Below the pieces are notes generated by a model. It had not been told where the DNA came from. It saw only the letters and a list, made by a program, of their open reading frames with translations, and did no database searches. The translations under genes and the position numbers were made by a program. 64,000 nt of DNA from Neocallimastix sp. 'constans'. Its lineage: Eukaryota. The stretch lies in contig JBODTK010000013.1 in assembly GCA_050613775.1 (NCBI GenBank), forward strand, positions 806,001-870,000, in the 5' to 3' direction. This document shows, one piece after another, positions 12,563-27,800 of this stretch (the first letter of the stretch is position 1; each line of letters opens with the position of its first letter).

Positions 12563-14768
12563 TTGATTTTATTATGTGATAATATTTTCTAATTAATTAT
12601 TAAATTATTAAATCAGTAAATCATTAAAATATATATAAAACATTTTTATATTTTTTCTATTGTTTAAAAATTTAGATTTATTGTATGAATTAACTGATAT
12701 TAAACCAGAAGAACAAAGATTGGTTTATTCCGGAAAAATTTTGAATGACGAGGATTTATTAAGTTTCTACAGTAAATCATCTAATTTTTGTTTTTGTTTT
12801 TATAATTTTAAATAAAATATTTATAGATATTGTAAATAAATGAATTAATAATTATTTTTGAATTTATAAATAATTTATTTTAATTAATAAATTAATTATT
12901 TTTGTCTAAAATTATAGATATTCGAGATGGTAATTCAATTTATTTAGTACGTGCAACAAAAAATAAAATTCAATCTATTTCTCCACAAGCAATATCTCGA
13001 CAAAAAAACAAAAAGCCGGCTGCAGGGGGAATGGATCCAGAACTTGTTACACAATTGCTAGATAACCCATTTGTACAATCTGTTATGAGTAATCCTGTAA
13101 ATATTAATGAAACATTAAAAATAAAAATACAAATATTTATTATGTATTAAACGGAATATAATAATAATCAATAAATTTAAAATATTATTAATAATTAAAA
13201 ATAGGAATTTATACGATCAATTTATATGTCAAATCCACAATTTAAAAAGGTTATTGAAAAAAATCCAGAAATGGCCCAAATATTTAATGATCCTGAATAT
13301 TTAAAACAAGTATATTTTATAGTATTTAAAAGCATTATTATTTGTGTAAAGTATTATTATTAATGATATTATAATATAATAGTGTATGGAAATAGCAAGA
13401 AATCCAGAAATGATGAATGAAATGTTAAGGTAAAATAAATGTTATAATTATACTCTATACTTTAATATCAAGTATAATTTATTTTTAATTATTTTTTTTT
13501 ATTTTTTTATTTAAATGTAGAAATCAAGATAGAGCTATGAATAATTTAGAGTCGATTCCAGGTGGTTTCCAAGCGTTATCTTCCTTATATCAAACTGTAC
13601 AAAGTCCATTGTTGGATTCATTAAGACCAGAACAAGATAAATCAACAAGTAATTAATATATATATATGAATAAATATTTCAATAATAAAATTGAATATTT
13701 TTAAACTAATTATTTAAATTATTTTTATGTATAATTATAATTATAATTATAATTAATTAGAGGAACAAAATGAATATTATGCAAAAAAATTATTAAATGG
13801 AAAAAAGCTTGATAAGTCAAAAATTAATAATGATGTAAATTATATATTTATGTATATTTAAATATTATTATAAATATATATATATATATTTTTTTTTTTA
13901 AATATTATATATATGTATTTTTATTATAATAAAAAATATTTTTTGATTTAACTAATTAAAATGTGTTATTATAATTATATATATAGGCTCTTCCAAATCC
14001 ATGGAATTTAAGTGTTAACGGTAATATAAAATCATAAAATTTTAAATATAATTTTTTTTTTTTTTTTTTATTTTTTTATTATTTATTATTTATTATTATT
14101 ATATATATATATTTATTTATTAATAAATTAAAATTAATAATTTTATTTATGGCCCATAATAAATTAGAAACAAGTTCAAGTTCAGCTACTTCACCATCTT
14201 ATCCAAGTGGTGTAAGATATACTTTTTTTTTTATGATTATTATAGTTTTTATTTTTGTTTTTATTTTTTTTTATGCATATATATGCATATATATATTTTT
14301 ATTTTTATTTGTTTTTTTATTTATTTCATTTAAATTATTTTATTAAATATTAATATGCTGATTTTTTAGTTATTCAATAACATGTTTAGCCCATTTAATT
14401 CCATATCTTCTTCAAATGAAACTCAAGAAGAACTTGAAACCAAATACTCTGAGTATTTAAATATACATACTTCTATATTTATATATTATTTATATTATAT
14501 ATATTACAGATTAATATTAAAATTTATTTATAATAATTATATATATATATAATATTATATAATTAGGCAATTGAAAAATTTAAATGATATGGGTTTTTAT
14601 GACAAAAAAGAGAATTTGAAGGCATTACAAAGTACAAGAGGAAATGTTGAATTGGCTGTCAAGTAAATTTATTATTACTATAAATAAAAATTTATGAAAA
14701 TAATAACTAATTTTATTTTTTAATAATTACGATATAGCTATTTATTGCAACATTCTAATAAACATTAA
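11887..14768 (+). CDS. DSK2: Ubiquilin/Dsk2-like UBL-STI1-UBA proteasome shuttle factor
   Basis: UBL EEQRLVYSGKILNDED; STI1 LLDNPFVQSVMSNPE..NPQF..NPEM; NQDRAMNNLESIPGGFQAL; ALPNPW; UBA QLKNLNDMGFYDKKENLKALQSTRGNVELAV; about 12 exons. Confidence 0.92.
12090..12232. repeat. ~48-bp minisatellite x3 in ubiquilin intron 1
   Basis: ttaacaaatttaaagtattatatggattaacaaatattaataagtatt repeated three times. Confidence 0.9.
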
Positions 14769-14847
14769 AGCATTGATCAAAAAAATAAATTATCTACGAA
14801 TAATTTTTTTTGAATGATTGTAAAAGAAGTTATTGTAAAAGTATAAA

Positions 14848-14884
<37 letters not shown>

Positions 14885-15313
14885 AAATATATATATATAA
14901 ATATATATATAAATTAAGTTAAAAAAAAAATTAAAAAACAAAAACAAAAATAAAAACAAAACAATACACAGCGAAACAATACGAAATAATTAATAAATAA
15001 ATTTATTCATAATTAAAAAAAATAATTTAAAAAAAAAAAAATATATATATATATATATAAATGAAATAATTTATATAATTATTACAAAATAAACTAAGTT
15101 AATTTTAAAATTTTATTAAATAGTAAAATAATTTATAAATACCGTCATCATCATCCTAATAATAATTGATAACTACTTAATTATTATACTTTATATTTAT
15201 TTATATTATCTTATATATTTATCTATTATGTAATTTATTAAAGTATATCTATATTTATGCTTTATTAAATTAGTTATTACATTTATTTTATGTTGTATGA
15301 ATTTATATTAACC

Positions 15314-15690
<377 letters not shown>

Positions 15691-16588
15691 TAGCGGACTA
15701 TCGGTAAAAGACACAAAGACAAAATAACACCTTTAATATTGGTTTGTATTAATAATTATTATTAACACTATTTAAGTTTAAGAAAGTATATTTTATAAAA
15801 GTATAATAATTATTTAAATAAATACATAAAATAAAGTAAATTATGAATAAATGCATGTGATGTCAAATGTTATAATAAAAAATCAAATATTTAAATAGAA
15901 TATTCTTTAAATTTTCATATAATTAAGTCTTAACAATATTAAGAATATTATATACTTAATTTAATATAAAAATTTATAAGATTAAAATACTATTTTGTCA
16001 AATTTTTTAATATTTTTTTTTTTTAGTTCATTTAAATATAATAATTGTGCATTAAAAATAAATATATAAGTTAATAAATTACTACATATTTAAGTAAATA
16101 TATAAATATATAGATGAATGTATAAATGAATGAATGAAATAATTTTGTGATATATAATTTTTCCGTATTTGAAACTTATTATATTTAATAATAAATAAAT
16201 ACTAGAAATTCCAATCAATTTAATAAATATAAATTAATATTGCTATATTTTAATTTTTATTTTTTTGTTTTTTTAATTTTTTTTTTCTCTATTTATTAAT
16301 TGAAATTAAAATAATATCTATAAATTATTATTTTATAAAATTTTTCGTTTTATTAATATTTATATATTAAATGTACTATATTTTATTTTTTTATCTTATC
16401 TTTTATTTTTTTATTTTTAATTTTATTATTATTTAACAATTTACTTTATTATTTTATTTTATATATAAAATTTTTTATTTTTTATATTTATATTTATTTT
16501 ATTTGTATTAATATTAATATAATATATACTATTTCATCTATCTTACAATAACATCCAAATTTCCACATATATTATATATATAATTAAA

Positions 16589-16631
<43 letters not shown>

Positions 16632-16634
<3 letters not shown>

Positions 16635-17962
16635 TTGAGTGTATCTTTTGGCAGCATTATCAAATAAAGTTGCCTTTTCTTCATAATCCTTGAGATATGG
16701 GTGGTTTGGATAAACTTCATTTAAGTGCCTTTTTTGTTATCATTAATAAATAATAATTTTGAACAAATAAAACAAAAATCAAATTTAAAATTAGTAATTG
16801 ATAAATTATACATAATATTTACTGAAAATATTTTTCTTACATTATATATTTGTTGACTAATTCTTCAGGCTTTCCTTGAGCTCTTGAACAAATGATTAAA
16901 TTAACTAAAGTATCTGGGTCATTACTGTTCTGATTTAATGACTCTAATAATAATTTTTCGGCTTCAGCGAAGTTAGAAGCGTGCATTTTGCAAATAGCTT
17001 TTCCGGTTAATAATTTTGGTGTTACTGAATTTATTGATTGCGAAAGTTCTTCAAATATATAGAAAGATTCTTGATATTTTCTATCACCACCCTTTTAAAT
17101 TTTATAATAATTATTTTTTAATTTAAATTTAATGCAATTGTTAATATTTTACATATTATTATTATTATTACTATTATTTTATATATATATATATAATTAT
17201 ATATATAATTACTAAAGCTAGGTTTAACCAAGTTTCAGCTAATTGAGCAAGTGCAGCATCATCTGCCCAGGATTTCATTTGAGAAACTTCTTTTTGTGCT
17301 AAATCAGTTCTATTGATTTTAATTAAAAGTTGAATGTAAAAAGCTGTACTATAAAATTTAATTATAGAAGCAATAATTAATTTGAAATAAGTAAATATAT
17401 ACATAAATATTTTAATTATTTATTTTACTTAAAAAATTATAATAATTTTATAATTTTTATTATTATTATTACATTTTTTATTTAATTATATTCTTATTAT
17501 TAATTTAATTATCTGTTTTTAATTTTATTTAAAAAAATATTACCATTCTAGATTTTTAGCTTTAACATTTTCAAGGATTTGTAATGCTTCATTAACCATT
17601 TCTTCATAATTGTAAATAATTGCAAACATTAATATTACAATTGGATTAGTATTTGAATTTGATAAAACATTATTGATTGTATTTAACACATTTTCAATAT
17701 TTCCTGAATTATTTGTTTCCTTAGCAAATAAATATTGTGCTAACAATTTAATAGCACAAAATTCTTCTGGATGATTATCGTTTACTTCTTCAATAATTTT
17801 TTGATATTGTCTAAGAGCAATTAATGAACGGAAAATTAAACATTGTTTTTCTAATCTACCTTGGGGAGTTGATGGATTAGTTGTGTCGTTAATAACTAAA
17901 GGATAATTTCCAGCATAAAAATTATTTTTTATTATATGTAATTCGTCAAATTCTTCTGCCAT
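16632..17962 (-). CDS. SEC28: Coatomer subunit epsilon (4 exons)
   Basis: DELHIIKNNFYAGNY; IQLLIKINRTDLAQKEVSQMKSWADDAALAQLAETWLNL; YQESFYIFEEL; DPDTLVNLIIC; HPYLKDYEEKATLFDNAA. Confidence 0.93.
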
Positions 17963-19606
17963 TTTTATTTTATTAGATTATCAGCTTAAATATTTGATTA
18001 ATATATTAATATTAATAATAAAAAAGTAATACATAATTATATATATTTATATAATTAATATTTAATAATTTTATTTATATTATATTAAAACTGTTAACAT
18101 TATTATTTTTATTGTTTATAATTATAATTCTTTTAATAAATGTTAATATTATTTTAGTATTTATATCATGAGTTTTAAATTAATAAACAAAATATAATTT
18201 CGCTATTTTATTATCATTTTCAATAAAATTTAAATTTTTTTAATAATTTAATAATCCTGTTTCTTTAATATTCAAATTACAATTACCTTTTAACTTGCTT
18301 TACTTTTTATTTATTTTTAGTAGTTTTAAAAAATTAAAGAAAATTACGTATTAATTTGGTTTATTAAATCATTATTTATTTATTTATTTATTTATTTCTT
18401 CATTTTTTTAATACTTCATTAATAAAATCAAAATACATTTACTAATTGTATGATACATGATACATGCTTACTAAATATTAATGTAATTAAAATATTTAAA
18501 AATAATTTATTTTAAGTAAAATAATATAATATTAATAATTATGTTTTGTGGCTTTTTTATTGTAATACTATTTAGTATTAGTTCTGTTAAGTATTAGCTA
18601 TATTATAATTATACATTGTAATATTAATACGCCACAATTAGCCACATTATGAATACATTAGTTATTAGATAGTTATTAAATAGTTATTATAAATTTTATT
18701 TATTATATTTTGTTAAACTGTAATATTCTTTATTATGTAATATTCATATAATTAAATATAAATAAATAAAAGCCATATTAACTATAAATAATCATAATTG
18801 AAATTGTGAGATTTCAATACATTCTTAACAAGTTCTTAATTATATATATTACTATTATAAAAAAAATATAATACGTAATTTTTTATTTTATTGCTATTTC
18901 ATACAATTGATGGTGGAAACTAAATATATACTTGAAATTTGTTTATTATCATTTGGTGAATTATTTTATTTTGTAATAAATTAATAAATTAATTATATTT
19001 ATATAATTATTGGTTAAACGAATTTTATTTATAAAATATTTATTAATATTAATTGATTTTAATATACAATAACTATATTATTGGCTTAAATTTTTTTTTT
19101 TTTTTTCGTAAACATTATTTAATACAAAAAAAGAATTTATTATTTCTTCCTTTTTTTTATCTTTTTCTTTTTTTACTTTAACAACTTTTCATATTAATAA
19201 AAAGATAGAGGTAATGGAAAATAAATTTAAATATTAAATGATATATAAATATAATTGTTTTTTGATAATTTTAAAGTTTAGAAAGGAAAATATTTGAACT
19301 TTTAGTATATATATATATTATTTTGTAAAAACATTAATATTTAAAATCAATATAATATAATTTTAATAAAAATAAGAAATGTTATTACTTTTTTAAAGTA
19401 ATATAGAATATAATATTAAGATTTTGAATGATGATTAAACTATTAAAATATTAAAAATATATATTATAAATGATAGAATAATAATTTAATAAGATAAAAA
19501 AAATTAAAATATGATAGTAATAAAATTTATATATTTTTTTATCATAAGTATTATCGAAATTATAGTGTTGATAATAACTTTTTTTAAAAAATAATTTATA
19601 TAAAAG

Positions 19607-22600
19607 ATGTCAAAGCAAGTGAAAAGAGCTCAGCCAACCTTATATATACAATCTAATTTAAAACAACTTGAATTAGAAAGTTCATTAAAGGCATTATTAG
19701 CTATCCAAGCTGCTGGCCTTATTGTTAAGCAAGCAACTACAAAATATGGTATTATTTTTTTTTTTTATTTAGTGGAAGTAATAAAAGATAATAATATTTT
19801 TGAATATTAATTTTGATTATATAAATTTTTTTGTTCAAAATTTATTAGACCATTTTTCTGAATCTGTTATTTTAGATTTACCAGAAGAAAACATTGTTCT
19901 TTTTGAACCATCTGCTATTGTTAAATATTTATTAAAAGAAAAGATAACTAATCTTACTCCAAAAGATTTAGCTTCTATTAATTCATGGATTGAATTTGAT
20001 GAATTTACTTTATCTAAATTAGTTTCTAAAGGTAGTACTTGTAATCTTGATTCAGCTTTAGAAAAAATTGAAAATGCCTTAAAAGCTAATAATAAACAAT
20101 TAGTAAAGGTATATAATATTACATATTATAAAATACAATTAATTTATTTATTAATAAAATAATAAAATTTTAATGTTATGTGAATTAGGTTTCTTCTGAA
20201 CTTGCAGACATTGTAATCTTTTCTTCATTATTTGTTGGTTTATCATACGGAAAATATGATGTTACCAAATATCCAACAATTAAAGAATGGATGAATGATA
20301 AATTACAAACTCAATCTGATATTTATGTATCTGCTACTAGAAAGTGGGGAAGAGTGAGTATTTCAAATATTCAAAATATTTTCGTATGATAAAATAATTT
20401 ATAATTTACAATTATTATAAAATAAATTGTAGATTATGGGTTTCCCAGCGGAACAAAAAGTTGATAATAAAAATTCACTTGTTTTAAACCACCACGAAAG
20501 AATTATGTAAGTTTACTATTATTTATTATTTTGTATAATAAATACCTGTGATATTTAATATTGATCTTCCTTAATATTAATAAATGTTAATAGTTTACCA
20601 GTTGATGATAAAAAAAATATTCTTGTAACTTGTGCTTTATCATACGTTAACAATGTTCCTCATTTAGGTAATATTATTGGTTCTATGCTTAGTGCTGATT
20701 GTTATGTTAGGTATGCTCACAATGTTAAATAATAAGTTATTAATAAAGTTTTTACAATTATTAATTATATTTTGTTTATTTTAATTTAAAAGATATTGTC
20801 GTATGAGGGAATATAATGTTCTTTTCATTAATGGTACTGATGAATATGGTACAGCTACTGAAACTAAAGCTTTAGAAGAAAAATGTACTTGTCAAGAATT
20901 ATGTGATAAATATCATGCTATTCATGATCAGATTTATCAATGGTTTGGAATTGATTTTGATTACTTTGGTAGAACAACTACACCTCAACAAACTGAGTAA
21001 ATATATAATTGTTAAAATTGTTATATTTTATATAGAAAACAATTTTTAGTAATTTTTATTTATTATTATTTATGTATTATTATAATCTTTAAGAATTGCT
21101 CAAGATATTTTCTTAAAACTTAATAAAAATGGATATCTTTTAGAAGATACTGTAACCCAACTTTATTGTGAAACTTGTAAGTTATTCTTAGCTGATCGTT
21201 TTGTTGAAGGTGAATGCCCATTCTGTCACTATGAAGTAAGTCAAAATTTATTTAAAATTAGTCTAATATTAATGAAAATAAAATTGGAAGTTTCTTTCCT
21301 AATTATTTATTATTTAATAATTTAATTTTAAGGATGCTAGAGGTGATCAATGTGATAAGTGTGGTAAATTAATTAATGCTGTTGAACTTATTAAACCTCG
21401 TTGTAAGGTTTGTAATAATACTCCAGAAACTAAAACTTCCAATCATATATTTATTGATTTACCAAAGTTACAAGATAAATGTGAAGCATTTGTTAAGAAA
21501 AACAGTGCTGAAGGTATTAATAGTTATTCTTATATTTTATCTTATTTTTCTTTTATTCTTTAAAATAAATAATAAATTGGAAATTATTTTAATTTTTTTT
21601 AAAAAGGTGAATGGTCTTCTAATAGTATTAGTATAACAAATGGTTGGTTAAAGGAAGGATTAAAACCACGTTGTATTACTCGTGATTTAAAGTGGGGCAC
21701 ACCAGTTCCATTAGAACATATGAAGGATAAGGTCTTCTATGTATGGTTCGATGCTCCAATTGGGTAAATATTATTAATAATATAAATAATTTTATAAATA
21801 ATTATATCAAGTGTTAAAAAATTAATTTTAAAAATTTTAATTTTTTGATATATTTATCTAAATAAATTAATCAATTTTTAGTTATCTTTCTATTACTGCT
21901 AACTATACTCCAGAATGGAAGCAATGGTGGATGAATCCTGATAAGGTTCAATTAATTCAATTCATGGGAAAGGATAACATTCCATTCCATACTGTTATTT
22001 TCCCATGTTCAGAAATTGGTACTGGTGATAATTATACTTTATTAAACCGTCTTAGTACAACAGGTAAATAGATTTGAAATGATAATTCTTATTTTCTGAT
22101 ATATTATTATATTAAAATATATATATTTGAACTATAATTATTTATTTAAATACTATTTTGTATTTAAGAATACTTAAATTATGAAAATGGTAAATTCTCT
22201 AAGTCTCGTAATGTTGGTGTTTTCGGTAATAATGTTGTTGATACTGGTGTTCCAGTTGAAGTATGGCGTTACTATTTATTAATTAATAGACCAGAATCAA
22301 ATGATAGTGCTTTCACTTGGAATGACTTTATTGCTCGTAACAATAATGAATTATTAAACAATATTGGTAACTTTGTTAATCGTTTATTAAAGTTTGTTGC
22401 TTCTAAATATGATTCTATTATTCCAGAATATGATCTTTCTGGTCCAATTGAACAAAAATTAATTGCTGATGTTAATAAATTATTAAAGGAATACATAAAC
22501 AATATGGAAGCCATTAAACTTCGTGCTGGTTTAAAGACTGCTATGGATATTTCTCAAGTTGGTAATGCTTACTTACAAGAAAACAAGATTGATAATAAAT

Positions 22601-22941
22601 TATTCACTGAAAAGCGTCAAGTTTGTAATAATGTTGTTGCCGCTTCTGTTAACCTTATTTATTTATTAAGTTCTTTAATTTATCCAATGATGCCAACTAC
22701 TACTGAATCTATTCTTAAGCAAATCAATGCTCCATTAAGAAAAATTTCTGACGTTTGGGAAGCTAATGAAATTTTACCAGGTCATACTATTGGTAAGCCA
22801 ACATACTTATTCAAGCGTATTGATCCAGAAATGGAACATGTCTGGCGTGAAAAATATGGTGGTAATGCTCCAAAGGAAGCTAAACCAGCTGATAAGAAAA
22901 ACAAGAAAGCTTCAAAAGATAAGAAAGCTCAAAAAAAATAA
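19607..22941 (+). CDS. MES1: Cytosolic methionyl-tRNA synthetase with N-terminal GST-like domain
   Basis: [13 protein letters not shown] (HIGH), [21 protein letters not shown] zinc knuckles, [34 protein letters not shown]; 11 coding exons. Confidence 0.97.
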
Positions 22942-23398
22942 AAATTTAAAAATTTTATTATGTTAAATATCAATTAATAAAATAATTAAATATATATATA
23001 TATTTTAATAAGAATGATTAAAAAATTATTAAAATAGTATTTTATTTTAAAATTTAAACCCTTTTTCTTAATAAAGAAAAAAATAAAAATAAATTAAATA
23101 TCATTTCATATTAATAAAAATTTAAAAATTTGTGGTATTAAATAATTTTAAGTAAATAAAGTTTTTATTAAAATGTAATTATTAAAATAATGGCCTATAA
23201 AATTAGGTCTTTTTAATAAAAAAAGCTTTTTATTTGAAATAAAATTATATTTTTTATACAAAATTAAAAAATTGTATTTTTGTACACTCGATAAAGACAA
23301 AAAAAAAAAAAAAAAAAAAAAAAAAGAATTTGAAAATTAAAAAGTTAATTTTTTTTGGAAGTTAATAAAAAGTACATAAATTTTTATTACTAGAATTA

Positions 23399-24678
23399 CC
23401 TAAAACTGACAACTATTCTTAGTCTTGTTTTATATTATGCTCCTCTATTTGGTTCAAATAAGAACAGATGCTCTAAAGCTCAAAAAATTATTAATAGAGG
23501 ACTTTGTTGGAGTTATGAATTTAAATCTCGTAATTATGTTAGCTTCTATGATATTACTTGTGAATTGAGAATACCTCCTCTTTAAGCTGTTTATGCTATA
23601 ACTCAATTACGCTTCTTTAGAAAATGGAAAAACTCATCAAGTATTAATAATCATCTCACTAATAATATTCCTACTATATCACATTACTCATGAACTAAAG
23701 AATCAAGGACTATAAGAAATTAATTGGTAAAAAAACAAGTGAAATAAAAAAGCTTTATTGGGAAAGAGATATCTTTAAACCCTCAAAAGCTAAAAAAGCA
23801 ATTGTTTACAAGGAGAATGATTTTGGATTTATTTCAGAAATCAAAGACTTATCGTTTCAATATCCTAAGTAACAATTAGGATTTTTTTGGATTTCTCGAA
23901 TTAGATGTGGTTTTAAATATGACATTAGTATTTCCATTAAAAGAAAAATAGTCTCAGAAGATTGCCCTAAATATTGCCCATGTTGTGGTGTTAGTGTACC
24001 TAGCTTTTCTCATTGGATCTTTGCCTGTAAAGAATTGGAAAATTGCAGCAATAAATCTTTATCTTTTCAAGATGATCTCTTTTTGAAGTTTGCAATGATA
24101 ATTGAACAAAAATCATTGGATGTTTCTTTTGACTCAGAAAAGGATTATGATAATAATATTTATTATTTTATATTGAGTTCTCTTCTTGGCGGGCGTTCAA
24201 TATATTCAAAAATTAAAGTTAATGATGGGGTACAAAGACAATTAGTTGGCAATATTTTTAAACAAAGTTCAACTTCGTCGATTGTTCCGTATTTTGTGGG
24301 GATTGCGAAGTTTTTAACAAACGTAATACCATTAATTTGTCGATTTTTTAAATTGATGATGAAATGGTATTCCGTTGAATCTATTGAATATACCGTTGCC
24401 AAGAGCGTCGACGTCGAAATGATAAGGCATTGGATTTTCATCTCCCGGTGAAAAATCTGATATAGATTCTTTTGATAAAATAATACAGAAATTATTACTC
24501 GCAATAATGGACGTGGTGCTATCATTGATGAATGGGAAAAGTTAGAAACTATTGCTTTTAATGCACTTTTATAATTATATAATATATAATATTTTATTTC
24601 ATGTATTTTATTTTTTATTTTTCATTTAAATCATGTAATTTTATTATTTTTAAAAATTAAATAAAGTTATTTTTTAAG

Positions 24679-24724
<46 letters not shown>
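23399..24724 (+). mobile_element. 5'-truncated, decayed non-LTR retrotransposon (LINE)
   Basis: Post-RT ORF remnants (LYYAPLFG, ELRIPPL), C-terminal CPCCG..SFSHWIFAC zinc knuckle, poly(A) ~24682-24724, 10-bp TSD ACTAGAATTA at 23389-23398 and 24725-24734. Confidence 0.88.
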
Positions 24725-24727
<3 letters not shown>

Positions 24728-24899
24728 AGAATTATAAAACCCTAATGAAATGTATTGTTATTTAATTGTATCAGTAATTTATTTAATTCGTTTTTTTGAC
24801 ATTATCTTTTCAATTGCTAGAAAATTTTCGACTATATATGATTCTTATTTTATTATTAAAGTAAATACTCTTAGTAGTAATATTCCTCTATTAAAATTA

Positions 24900-27800
24900 A
24901 TTATAAAGAATGTAAAGATTATTCGGATTCTAATCCTCAATGATGTGGACTGTTTTTTCAAGTCCATGGAGGGTTGATGGAATAGGAATAGCCTATATCA
25001 GGTGTACTAATTACAGCTTTCTATGATTCTGATGATAATCGATGGTTATCCTTTCTTAAGTGTCTTCTAGTACGAAGAGTGTAAATTGGAATACTGGAAG
25101 ACTGTAAAAAATGAACCTAATATTTTATGTTGTTTTAAACTGAATATATAATAATATTGGAGTTGTATAATTAATAATATCATGTAGTTTCTTCATATTA
25201 TCATTGTAATGAATCTATTGTATTTTTTTTTACTTTAGCATTGTTTTGTATATGAATTTTCTATAGTTTTATTTAAACTCTTTTGTAGCTATTGTAAAAT
25301 GGAAATGTAGGAGATTGATTCACCCAAAGCTTTTGTTTAAGAAAAGTTTTTTTATTTGTCTTAGATGGAATAACAATGAATGGAATTTTGTGAAAGAGAT
25401 AGTATTTTGTACTTCAATACTATTTTTAAACTATTATTCCTATGTTTTTAGGAAACAGGTAATGGTACCAATGATCCTAGAGATCCATGAAAAGAGACAC
25501 TTCTCAATTACAAATATTTCCATAAAAGAATGTACCCAAAAACTCCAAGTTGCAGAAGTTTATATCTTGGGTATCATGTCCCATGCAAAGCAGTTCTTGA
25601 AGATAATTCCTATACTCATCTTGTTTATTTAACAAAATAGAGTCTTTGGAATCACTCTAAATGTTCTGTAGGTAATGTTTATATTCCCACAAAGAAACAG
25701 TCATTACAAGTAGGTATCCATTCATTGTTCCATACTATTACACTTTGCTTTAAACCATATATAACTTTCTTTATTTTCAAGATATATTTCTTGTAGTCGG
25801 ATGTCCCTTTGGAGCTTCCATGTATATTTGAGCATTTAAATTAGCAGCATTAACATATATTTGCTCGATTTGGAAGTTATGTCTTCCAGCTATATGTGTA
25901 AATATTCTTATCAAATCTAATTTTAAAGGGGGCGCAAATGTATCTTTGAAGTTAATTCCATGCTGTTATTTAAGCCCTTTTGGTACTAGTTTTGTTTTTC
26001 TTTTGATTGCACCTCTTTTAGTGTTTCTTTTGTACTTGAATATTAGCCTGGATTTGATAATATTAGTTTCTTCTGGAACTTCATCTTCATCTACTTGTTC
26101 ATAAACTTCTAGATCTCTCAAGTTGCCAAAATTACTGTTATCAGAGTTAAACCACTCTTCTTGATCTTCGAGATTGTAAAATAATTATAAAAAGTTATAT
26201 GATTTTATTAAACAACTTAGCTATATTTATTAATTGAATATATATCAAAACTGTATCGTTAATTGAACTTTCAAAACTATATCATATATATATAATCATT
26301 GCTGTTTTTTGATCATATTTGATATAGCCTTCCAAATTATTAAAATAAACATACAGGTTTTTATAACAAATATATGTTCAAACTATGTGTTGATAATTTA
26401 ATGTTTATGGAAGGCTATATATATTTTAATGATTCTCTTAAATTTTTATTCATTACTTGTTTGTTATATATGAGAGTATTATTGGTATTAGGTTTTAGAT
26501 TTGCAGTTTATAATGCTGCTGATGTTAATATCGTTTGTTTATTTATATGCTTCACTTTTGGACTCTAAGAAGAATACCCATCCATATCTTGTATAACTAA
26601 CTAGTATTATTAGAAAGTTTGTAATTGTTTCCATATATGGATGTATCTGGGGAAGTCACCTTGTCCATGTGTATTAGTTCCAATGGTTTTCTTATTTTGT
26701 TCTTTGCTATGAGGTATGGCTTGTTCCTCATTTTTGTTTTGAAAGTTTTATACTACATTTTATTTCTATATCCTTTATTTTTTCTTTAATGTCATTTATT
26801 TTGAAATGGTCCATTCTCCTATGCCAGAGAGTGAGATTATTTTGATCTATTAAGGACGTTAAGCTGTTATATAAATAGTTTTGTTATTTTATTATTATCG
26901 AACGTTAACTCATTCTTAAAAGACCAAAATTTGCATGTTCAGGAAGCGTTCGACTTTGTTATGAATACCTTCTCTTTGTTTAGGCTATAAACTGAGACTA
27001 AGTTCTTATCGTTATGCCAATAGAATATTGTTTAATATCCCTGTTCACTTAAGTTATCTATAGACAGTAAATTTCTTTTAAAAGTTGGAATGTACAATAT
27101 ATTATCTAAGCTTAATTTATCTTTGTTTATGTATCCTACGTATGTACCGCTATGTGTAGAGAGTAATGTATCACAATTTGAAAATTGTATGTATTTGATT
27201 TAATTATGTTATTTAATCAATTAATATTATTCGTCATGCGATACGTAGCTCCAGAATCTATTGTCCTACACGTAATTTTCTTTTTGTTTTGGTTTTGTTT
27301 ATATTGTGGTGATGAGAATACTTGTTTATTTATATCACTTTTAGCTTTATAGTTTTTTATTGTGCCTCGGTAATTGACTAGTGAAGATTAACTTATTTTC
27401 TTCATCTGAATTACAGTTTTCAACTAATACATTGGTGAAACTATATTCATCTTCGTCTATGTATTTATTTATTTCTGTACTATATGCTTGATTATATTTT
27501 TCTGTTTTCCTTTTATTTTACTTATTGTGCCAATAGCCTTTGGCAATGTGGCCTCTCTTTTTACAAATTCTACATATTATATTGTTATTTTTCTTATGCT
27601 TGGTTTGAGTGTTCAAAATTACAGTAGTTTTTATTTTGTTATGGATTCTTTTACGTATTTCAAGTATGGAATAATTTTGATTAAATGCTCTGATACTTCT
27701 TTCCATTTCCCTTGGAAGATAATAATATTTGTTCTGATAGCGATTTCGTCTGGTAGGCTTAAAAATAAATAGTCACATTTCTTTTCTTTGGTCAATGGCT

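Noticed and set aside
24163..24525. Antisense ORFs over the LINE ends (also 48251-48547)
   Set aside because: Typical shadow frames; similarity limited to the shared nucleotide motif
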